From Ascoidea asiatica JCM 7603 (Eukaryota; Fungi; Ascomycota), in NCBI GenBank assembly GCA_001600695.1, contig BCKQ01000001.1, positions 1,800,005-1,864,004 on the forward strand: a stretch of DNA of 64,000 bases, written 5' to 3'. This document shows positions 26,036 through 36,098 of the stretch, piece after piece (positions within the stretch are counted from its first letter, which is position 1; every line of letters starts with the position of its first letter). Both the position numbers and the translations under genes were made by a program. The notes beneath the pieces are model-generated. The model saw only the letters and a list, made by a program, of their open reading frames with translations, ran no database searches and had not been told where the DNA came from.

Positions 26036-26863
26036 TCATAACTTCGAAGCTCTTTTGAAATTTAATAAAACTTTATTATCAATAACCTTTGAATTGAAAT
26101 GTGCAACTCTTTTTAAACCTTCGTCAACAGTACCTTTATTTTCATAAATAAAATTGATTGAATCTTTGGTACCAGAAATAGCTGAATAAGTTGATTTTGA
26201 AATATGTTTAGCTAGATTTAAAGCATAATCATAAGCCAAAGATTTATTTTCAAAACAATTTGATACAAATCCATATTTTAAAGCTTCGTTTGAGTTAAAA
26301 TTTCTACCAGTTAAAATTAATTCATTTAAAATTGATTGATTATTAAATAATTTAGAAATTCTTTGTAAAGTTCCAATATCAGCAGGAAATCCAATTTGAA
26401 TTTCTTTGATTGCAATTACTGAATCATTTGTTGCAATTCTAATGGAAGTTGTAGATAGAATATCTATAGCTAAACCAAAATTTATACCATGAGATATTGC
26501 AATTATTGGAATTTTAATATTAACACCAGTTGAAATTGAATTTTGAAAATCAATTATATGATCATATATGTTTTTTTGAATACTTTTTTCATCCTTTTCA
26601 GATTTAAGAAGTTGACTAAATTCATTATAAGCTTGCTTTAAGTTTATACCTGATGAAAAATGTTTACCCTTTCCAGATAAAATAATAACTTTTGTTTTTT
26701 TATCATTATCTAAACTAGTTAAAATTTTGGCATACTCAGTCCAAGATTCTGTATCTAGACTATTAAAACTTTCTGGATTATTGATTTGAATGTGAATAAT
26801 AGAAGGAAAAACTTCTTTTACTAAGAAATGTTTATAATTATAAATCTCAGAGTTTTCAGTCAT
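26036..26863 (-). CDS. Peroxisomal crotonase-fold enzyme, delta3,5-delta2,4-dienoyl-CoA isomerase (ECH1-like)
   Basis: LSGKGKHFSSGINL, PIIAISHGINFGLAIDI, IKEIQIGFPADIGTLQR (catalytic Glu/Asp pair of dienoyl-CoA isomerases), LTGRNF..EALKYGFVS, and C-terminal PTS1 SKL. Confidence 0.88.
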   Translation of the reverse strand: MTENSEIYNYKHFLVKEVFPSIIHIQINNPESFNSLDTESWTEYAKILTSLDNDKKTKVIILSGKGKHFSSGINLKQAYNEFSQLLKSEKDEKSIQKNIYDHIIDFQNSISTGVNIKIPIIAISHGINFGLAIDILSTTSIRIATNDSVIAIKEIQIGFPADIGTLQRISKLFNNQSILNELILTGRNFNSNEALKYGFVSNCFENKSLAYDYALNLAKHISKSTYSAISGTKDSINFIYENKGTVDEGLKRVAHFNSKVIDNKVLLNFKRASKL

Positions 26864-28649
26864 TTTTTTAAGTTACTTGGTATTTGCTTAAAACTTTTTC
26901 TTATCTACTATCGACTTACTGATTATATTCTGCATAATCGATATAAGTTTCAATCATTTTTGGAAACTCGCAATATCTTATACGATTATAATATCACTGC
27001 CCAAATAATTCAAGTGCTACAAAATAATTATTACAACTTTTGAAGGTTGCACACCCTTTATTTGAAAGAGTTAAAATGATGTTAATATGAACATGATAAG
27101 TTTTGGTTATCAAAAATTAGGTAATGTGGAGAAGAAAATTTAGACAATTTTAAACGAAAGCTTTATGAGGCCTGTTTAAAGGTAGCCCTCAAAATTCTAA
27201 AAATACATCACGTGCATTGCTTTTAAAATTGTCTCTTATCGGCTAGACACTGAGAAATATCTGTGAGAATATCTAAATATTTTTATTATCAACTTTCTGA
27301 TGATAAACCTGAAAGCTTGAAGAGAAAGAATCTTCTTTTTAATAAATGTCGATAGAGACCAACAAAGAAAAAAATATGAATTTTTGGAAATCAATTCTTA
27401 TTGCTCAAAAAATCTTTTTGAGAACTCAGCATTAATAGAATTGCAAATTATAAATAATAATAATAATAATTCAATTTGATTTCATTAGCAGGAATATTTT
27501 CTAATATTGGTTTTCAAAATCGATATGATTAAAAATATTTTTGATTCATATTTTAGGGTGTAAAGCTCTATTTTAATAAACATTTTCTTCTTTTTTAATT
27601 ATCTCTATTGAAAACAAAGCAATCCTTTTAAGCCGGCTCTTCTTTTATTATAAATTGGTGAAATAGTAGTTTTTGATTCCTTGTTATCATCATTGATACA
27701 ATTCTATGGTGATTGAAAAACTACAATAGGTACATGCCTCACCTTAACTACTAAAACAACCAAATATATTTTTTCAGAATTTGAGCCTTTGATCTTATAA
27801 TTTGTCATACTACAAGAAATGTGCAACCCCTTTGAAATACAAATAATAAGGAAATATTGAGTTGCACGTGCTAAGAATGTTTTTTATCTGGGCCGATAGC
27901 CATTGCAAAATTCATTAATTAAGCTTGTTTTTGGTATTTGCCTCATTGGGTCGACTTGCCACTGAAAATAAGTTTTTTTCATTTTTTTCAATTTAATAAG
28001 ATTCATTTAGCCTTCGGTTTGCATTGTTTAAGTGTTGTATGTATACTTTTCATTTTAATAGTTGAGTTTTATTTGCATCAAATCTAAAAAAGGCTATGAT
28101 TTGGTTTACTTTCTAACTCCAAAGAGATATTATCTCTATAGATTGTTTTACTTTCAATTGGTCCTTATTTGTGGAAAATAAATATGAAGAGACCTTGTGT
28201 CTAGTTCATGCACTGCTAGATCCTAATTTCAAATTTTATAACTTTTAATTACAGTTCCAGTATGTCTTTAATTTCAAAATGTACTTGAGTTTTATTTTCA
28301 TATTCAATTCTAAATTTCAAATGACCTTTTCTTTACCAAAATCATGTTTTTTTTTAAAGAATTTGCACTATTTTCATATTTAGTTTTATCATTTATCGAT
28401 TCAAGCTTTGTCTGGCTTCCATTGGTTTCATTATTTTAGCCATGGGTTAATTAAAAATAAAATTTTTTTGAATTATCTAATTTGGTGTTCCCTTAATTTT
28501 CTCTTTTTCTTTCGAAAATAAAAAGATTAAAACTAAAAATATAATATAAATATTCTATAACTTCCTCATAAATTTTCTTAAAAATTTTTATTTTGTTTAT
28601 TTTTCTTTTTGTGTTATTACTTTAGATTAATCAAAATTAAAACTTACCA

Positions 28650-30743
28650 ATGACAGACAAAGAAAAGAAAAATAATAATCTTGTTGAACAAACTATGGAG
28701 AATCAGGGATCCCCTTTAATAATACCTGATAATATATTAATAATTAATAAAATTGATTTGGATAATGTTGTTAATAAACATTTACTTCAGAAAATTGGCA
28801 ATAATAGTGATGATAAAAAAAATTTAATTAGTTCTTTAAAAAACACTGAGATCAGTAATCATAAAGTCAGTTCCAAAGAAATGTCAATAATTAAAAGTTA
28901 TATTTGTATTTTCTTTATGTTTTTATCTTTTTTTGCTTATCAATTACATGATTCACTTTTAACCTTTTTGTTATCTGATTCAAATTCTACATTCAAAACT
29001 ACATTAAATCTTTCTTCAAATAAGCTATCAATTGTAACAACTGTAACTGGCTTTATCTCAGTTTTTGCTCCAATTTTGTATAATATTATATTCAATAGTT
29101 TTGGTATTTCTTTTTTAATTCTTCAATTACTTATAATTTCAATCATTGATTTTTTTTCTTTTTTTCTTGAAGATTTTGCAGGTTACTTAATTGTTAAGAT
29201 TTTTTTGACTTTTGCTTCAGCTGGTTTCACTTCTTGTATAATATTTTACTCCTCTTCCTGGATTACAGGCTCTTCTAAACTTACTTCTTCCTCTAAGAAT
29301 TCATACACAACACAAAATAATACTGTTAAAGAACAAACACCTCAGGAAAAAGACCAAGAGGATCAAGAAGATGAAGATGAAAAAGCTATGCATCTAACAG
29401 CAAGCAGATTATCTATGGTTTATGTTGGAAATACCTTAAGCGATGCCACCAGTTCGTTAATAAATAGAGCAGTTTTAAAAAGGTTTAACAATTCAGCCTG
29501 GGAAAGTTGGAGATATTGTTTCTTAATAGTTGCAACTATCTGCTTTTTTGTTGCCTTTGTGGATATGTTTATTTTACCTAAATCTAATACTAACTCGGTC
29601 ACTTCTATAAAACTCTTTTATAATTGGTTTAAGAATTTATTTGATGTGAATAAAAGTGAAGTTCAACAGAATGAATCAGCCTATATTATATCTCAAGCTA
29701 AAGTACCTATTAAATCTTTTTTTAAATCTTCTACTGATGGTAAGAAAATTCTTTCGACCTTATTATCTTCTACAAATAATCCAAAAGATTCAAACTTTTC
29801 ACTAAGCGATCTAGAATTTTCTGCAAAAGATTGGACCAATTGGCTACATGCTATAATAACCTTATCTTGTACAAAGGAAGAACTGGTGCTAAATTCTTTT
29901 ATAAGCTCTAATAATAATAGTAATTCAACTCTTAGGAATATAGCAATTTCAAAAATTGGGTTATTTTCTTGTGTGTTAATAGTTCCGATTATGGCATTTT
30001 TTTATGATAAATGGAAAGGTTTAAGGGCAGGTGGTGCATTACTTTTACCAACTTTTTTTCAATTTTGCTTTTCAATTGTCAATGCTTCAATTTGTACAAG
30101 TGGTAATAAATCTTTGAAACTTGGAATGAGTATCTTAAGTACAACTTTTGTTAGAATATCCACTATTTTCAATTACTGCCTTTTAACTGAATTTACAATA
30201 TCTCCAGCAAATTCATCCTTTGGAGTGGCTTTAAGCTCATCTGCAACATCTATTGCGAATATTTTTTCTTTATCATCTACAGATTCCACCACTTCAGTTA
30301 CGAGTACAACAACTGCTAATTATATTCATGCATTTGTTGGTGTTATTATTTTAAATTCAATCAGTATTGCATGTACAATTTTTTTATTTGTTAGTTATTG
30401 TCGAGAAAATAATGAGACTAAAACTAGTAATACAAGAAACAGATTGAATGACTCTTTAAAGGAAAATGATCTTTCTACAATAAAATTCTGGAAAGCTTTT
30501 TTTGCTGATTTTGTTAAAGAATTTGTTCATATATTCCAAAAAAGTAAAATCCTTAAGGTTAAAGTAAAAAAGTTAGAAAGTTCTCCGGTATCTGCAAGTT
30601 CCCAGATGACAGAAAGCTCTCAAGTAAAGCAAATTATTGTTTGGAGGGAATCTAAAAATTATGATGTTTTAAAGCGATTTGATAGTTTGGTTGGAAGTTC
30701 TGATTTTAAAATTGTTTCGAATTTGGATGATATATTTGAATAG
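28650..30743 (+). CDS. Highly divergent MFS protein, anion:cation symporter (Dal5/Tna1) family-like
   Basis: About 12 hydrophobic segments. FKTTLNLSSNKLS, DFAGYLIVKIFLTFASAGF..IIFYSSSW, RLSMVYVGNTLS and SWRYCFLIVATI...FILP align with ACS-family blocks. Confidence 0.65.
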   Translation: MTDKEKKNNNLVEQTMENQGSPLIIPDNILIINKIDLDNVVNKHLLQKIGNNSDDKKNLISSLKNTEISNHKVSSKEMSIIKSYICIFFMFLSFFAYQLHDSLLTFLLSDSNSTFKTTLNLSSNKLSIVTTVTGFISVFAPILYNIIFNSFGISFLILQLLIISIIDFFSFFLEDFAGYLIVKIFLTFASAGFTSCIIFYSSSWITGSSKLTSSSKNSYTTQNNTVKEQTPQEKDQEDQEDEDEKAMHLTASRLSMVYVGNTLSDATSSLINRAVLKRFNNSAWESWRYCFLIVATICFFVAFVDMFILPKSNTNSVTSIKLFYNWFKNLFDVNKSEVQQNESAYIISQAKVPIKSFFKSSTDGKKILSTLLSSTNNPKDSNFSLSDLEFSAKDWTNWLHAIITLSCTKEELVLNSFISSNNNSNSTLRNIAISKIGLFSCVLIVPIMAFFYDKWKGLRAGGALLLPTFFQFCFSIVNASICTSGNKSLKLGMSILSTTFVRISTIFNYCLLTEFTISPANSSFGVALSSSATSIANIFSLSSTDSTTSVTSTTTANYIHAFVGVIILNSISIACTIFLFVSYCRENNETKTSNTRNRLNDSLKENDLSTIKFWKAFFADFVKEFVHIFQKSKILKVKVKKLESSPVSASSQMTESSQVKQIIVWRESKNYDVLKRFDSLVGSSDFKIVSNLDDIFE

Positions 30744-31261
30744 ATTGAATAATGATTTTCTCTAATATTAATTAATTTAAGTTAGTGATTTTGTATCCAA
30801 ATTCTTCTTCGGTTTTTTTTTTTTTTACTATAACTGCAAACTTTGCAGATTTCATTCACATTTTTTTTTTTTAATTTTTTTGTTAATTGAAATTGACTCT
30901 AGCTAGTCAATTTTCTTTCTTCTTAATAATAAATATTATTCTAATCAATAAAAACCAATAAATAAATATGTTAAAGAATTAATGTATCAATCAATCATTA
31001 AATAATAATAAAATGGGTAAATATTGTAGATTATTAATAAAAAACTTACGGAAACTCGGAAACCAGTTTAATGGATCAGTATAAATACATATTGAAAGAA
31101 ATTCCGGCGGGAAAAGAAGCAAAACTAGGAATATGAAATCAATGTTTATCTCGGAGACTCTTTACTTGAATAATAACTTTCAATACCTACTACATTTTTA
31201 AATTGAAAGTAACTTTTTATTCAGAATTTACTTTTCAAAGTTTGATGCAATAAATTCTATA

Positions 31262-32117
31262 ATGAAATCAGGCATGTATTTTCTTTCAACAATAGTTTCC
31301 AAAGACTGGAAAAATTCTCAAAGCTTTATCAATTTTGACTAACAAACATAAATCAATCATAAAATTAGACAATTCTGGCAATTCAATTTTTGAAAACATT
31401 ATTTGTAAACAAAATACTAAAACCCAGAATCTTCAAAAAAATTTAAAAGCTTTCAATAAGAATAGATATATATCTCAGTCTAAAATCAATTTAAACAATT
31501 CAATTTCAAAAACTTCTTATAAAATCAACAAACAGTTTGCAAACAATTCTAAAACTTCTAAAAATAATCGACCTCAATGCATTAAAACAGGTTCTTACCT
31601 TGGAAGGGGAACTAGATTTAAAAAAGTTAATCACAATAAATCATCTGGTTATAGATTTGATAAGAATATCAAACTATTTCAGTTACCAATTTTCAAACCT
31701 GAAAAAAAACAAGAATACGAGAAATTAAGAAAACAATTATCAAAAACTTTAGTACCGTTAGCAAAAAAAAATTCATTTGAGTATACAAACTATTTGGCTT
31801 TAGAATTGATTTATTATTTGGCAAAAGAATTATCAATTGATAATCTTAGGAAAATCATCTCAACCTTAGAAGTAATTTGTAAAAATAAGAAACATCAGAT
31901 AAAACACAATAATTTATCAACTAATAATGCTTCCTTTGGTCATTATGGAAAACGACGACCTAAAGGAAAACTTAACTTTGAAGGTGGAATTAAAAGAAAT
32001 AAAAATTTAATTCAGAATGATCTTTATGATCACGCTATAAATTCAATAATGGAAGAAGATATGAAAGCTAAAGAAGATGAATTCACAGATGATTTCAACC
32101 AAATGAGTATATCTTAA
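31262..32117 (+). CDS. eIF3j (Hcr1)-like protein, 252 aa; exon1 31262-31271, GC-AG intron 31272-31368, exon2 31369-32117
   Basis: The C-terminal half, PIFKPEKKQEYEKLRKQLSKTLVPLAKKNSFEYTNYLALELIYYLAKELSIDNLRKIISTLEVI...GKRRPKGKLNF.GG.K...DDF, follows yeast Hcr1 (as recalled: PLFNAETKREYQDLRKAL...[33 protein letters not shown]...GKKKVKGKTNLGG). The track ORF has only a TTG start. Splicing ATGAAATCAG|GCATGT...GACTAAC...TTAG|AC restores an in-frame ATG. Confidence 0.8.
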
Positions 32118-35100
32118 TTTTTGTATTTTACGAAAACCTTTAATGCTCTAAACGTACTTTAAAAAGTCCCTGTACAACTAAGATTTTGCAATGAAGTTTT
32201 ATTTTAAAAGCGTGATTAAAATTTAGAGTGTTGTTCGGAAGTAATTATCCCTTAAATGAATTAATTTTCAACGTTTTCTAAAGTATGTAACAGAATATAA
32301 ATTACACGTGAAAGAACTTAGAAGGAGGATCATTTTATTTTTTTATTTTCAACTAACTCGTTTATATCACATGGCGTTTACGAGAAAAACCACAAATTCC
32401 TTCCATAAGGGGGTAAGTGTTTTCAATTTGTTTATTCTAGATTTTTATTGTTCATTATTGAAAAATCTTTTTTTATTGTTTAACAATTGTTTATTGTTTA
32501 AGAATGAAAACCAAAAGGTATATTCAAAGTCCAATAATGTGAAGTCGATGATATAATAAAAGATCTGCTCTTATTTTAAGGCAAAAATGTTTGATTATGA
32601 AAACTTCATGAAGTAAATCTTCTTTAAAAAAAAAACTACGGTGTATTGAATACACAACGAATCTGGTTTTACTTTTTGTAACGTTTACTTTCAAAAATGC
32701 CCTGTACTTCTTAAATTTGAAATTTAATCTGCAAAAGGATCTATTATTTAATTTATTCAAATGATTGTTTTTGATTTTTGATATTTTAATAGATTTTAAT
32801 AAAAATTACTTTGTAAGCAAATCAGAAATTAAAAATTGATCTTAAAATTAGGAACTTGAGGTTTAAGGACTATTTAGAGAATATTAAATGAAAATACGAG
32901 TAAATAGAATATATTAAAGAAAATCGGAAGAATTGTGAAAAGAAGCTTCTTTGTAGATTGTGCTACTGTAGCAGTAGACCCAGATTTTTTCAAAAACAGA
33001 ATTTTTTTTGCTTCCGATCGTTTCTGAAGGGGTATCTAAGATACCTTCTTTTGGGCCCATCGATGCTCTTTTTACTTCAAGAAGCGGCCCTTTGTGGAAT
33101 GCATTTTAGAAAAAACGAATTAGTAAAAGACAAAAAAAAGGATTTTGGCTGTATTTTGAAGTAAACTAGCTGAATAGCGGGCACTTTTAGGAACTTTAGC
33201 CCTTTGGACACCTTTGACATTTCTGTTGAAGTGGTTGAACTGTTGAGATTTCTCTGCTGTTTGTGCTGTTTTTGCTGCTTCTGAGGGTTGTTAATTGGAG
33301 CGAAGGCTACGTAATTCAGAAGATCAATCCCAAGCCTTCAACCGTATTTTTTTCAGTTGATCTGTATTTTTTCAATAACCCTCAATAGATTGAAGCCACA
33401 TATTTTTAATAGATCTAATATATAAAATAATTATTAATAATACATTATAATAAATAATAATAATTCTTCAAGTGGCATAAGTCAATTTCTAATAAATCTG
33501 CCTCAATCATCTTTTAACAATGCCTTACCAAATTCTTTTCAGTTCCAATTCAGGGGAATGAAAAGTAACTGATGGATTGAATTGAAAGATTTTTTCACAA
33601 TTCTTCTCGGAGATTCTTTAAATTCGCTAACCGCCGAGAAGATACAAAGGAAAAAGCAAAATAAAAAAAAACAAAAGAACAATCAATTCAAATAACGTAG
33701 ATATACCTTTTTTTTTATTTCATTTTATTTCAATCAATTTATTTCTTCATTTCAGTTTAATGGTTTAGTATTTTAATTTTATAGTAAATGTATTGTAGTA
33801 CAATTCTAGTTCAATGGTTCATTATATTCAGTCTTGATTTTTATTCATAATTTTTCAACTTCTAAAATTAAATTCTCCAAAATATCTGTTTTTACAATTC
33901 ATCGCGATTTTGATAGAAGGTGCATATATTTTGGTGTAAATCACAGTAATGATAAAGGATAAATAATAAATTATAATTCGTTCATAATAAATACTGGTAA
34001 ATAATATTTTCAATCAAGAGTCAAATACATGCACTTCTCATGTACTAAAAGTTATGTTAGGTTTGCCCAAGTGACAAGTCCAACTGGTTTTAGTAGCTTT
34101 TATTTACAAATTTGGTCAGAAAATAGTTCAGTGATATAAACCTTTTCTAAATTTCCCAAGTTGACTTTGCTCAACTTAATCAGGCTTTAAATTTGAAGCT
34201 TTTATCCTTAGGATATGATAATAAAATGATATGATACTATGAATATTCAAAGTTAACAATTAATAAAATGATTTATTCTCATGTTTTCATATTAACTTCT
34301 TCAAAACTTTTTTAATAATTATTGAATAACGTTGCTGTTTTTATTTGTCTAACATTTTAAATTTTTTTTAAAAAAAATATTATTACCGGTAGTTAAATTA
34401 AATTAAATTAAATTAAATTATCATTATCATTATTATCATTATTGGCTTTTACTTTTTTTTTGCTTTTTTAAATAATTTATTGTAATCATTCTTCAAAACT
34501 GTTTTTATGTGCATTCAGATTAAATTATTATAATTTTCATTATTCTTGTATGCTTTTCACTTTAAAAAGGTTAAAAAGCTGCCATTTTCTTTACAAATTC
34601 TCTAAAGGACATCAATTGATTAAAGCTACAATTCTTTCAAAAATTTTCAGTAATAATTTTTACTCTACAACACTAACTTTTCTCAATCAATCAACATATT
34701 AATCTGCAATATCAATATTTATAAAAAAAAAAAATTAAAAAAAAGATTTATTCAACTCCATTTGAAATAATTCATAACAACTCTGTTACATTTTCATGAA
34801 TTATAATTTACAATTAATCAAATTATTTCCTTCTTGATTCAATCAATTAAAAATTTGCCCATAATATTATTTCAACTTCAATTTCAATCTCAATCTCACA
34901 TTTAAATCTAAATATCTGTTTTTCTTATATTTTTGATCATATATTATTCTTTAACCTCCCTTCAATAATTACATAAACAAAAACCACTTCATAGATTTCC
35001 CTATCAGATTTTTCAACTTAAATATATTTAAAATTATAACCATAAATTAGTCAGTATAATATAATCATTATAATATAATCATTATCATTTATCATTTATA

Positions 35101-36098
35101 ATTATCTAGATTTTAGTTTTTTTCAGCAAAATATTCATAAAGTCTACTAGAAAAAAACATTTATAAATTCATAATTTTATAAACTATTAAACCGTTGAAT
35201 CTAATAAACTGTTAAAGCATATTAATTTAAGACAAAAAAATTCCTGAGAAAAAAATATCTTCCATTAGTCTCAATACATCAATATCTTGAAATAGTTAAT
35301 TAATACTCAAAATAATAAAAGTTTCTTGTTTCAAACTAAATAAATCAATAAAATAATTCATATATAGAAAAAGAAAAGAAAAATCATACTTTATTTCTTT
35401 ACCTTATTAAAAATACAATGAATCAAATAAAATAACTAAGATCAAATTCCTATATAAGTAACGCGTATGAATAATAATATAGAAAATAAAAAAGATATAA
35501 TAAATAAACAAATAAATTTTTTAAACTTTGATTTCACTGCAAATATTAAAGATAAATCATTACAAGCAATATTCATCATTGGAATCTCAAATAATATCAC
35601 TTAAATTTTCTTTTTTTAATTTAAATCCCTGCAGTACATCAAAAATTCTCACAAAAAACAAAACGAAAATCCCTTCAGAATAAATTTTAAATACAATTTC
35701 TTATAAATTTACGATAACTTTTTTTGCATTTTTGAGTTAAATTCATTCATTCCTTTTACATTTATTCATTCTCTGATTATCATTTCTATCAAAACTATTT
35801 CATTCAAATACCGGTATTTAAATATTTCTCATTTTCCGAATAATAAATCTATAATTTATAAGTTATTGGTCAAAAATTTTAAAAGCTTATAGTTTTTAAC
35901 TTAGTAACCTAATAGGTTAGAGAAAGAACAGATAAAACTTTTCCTTTTTCTCATTTATTTTAATCAAATTTTCTCTACTAAGAAAAATTATTTTATTTTT
36001 ATCTTTTTTTCTCTTAACTTGAACACATTAACAAATTTGGAAGTTATTACAAAAATTAAATTGTTTAGTCTCTTATTTTCAAAAATAACATTTTTTTC

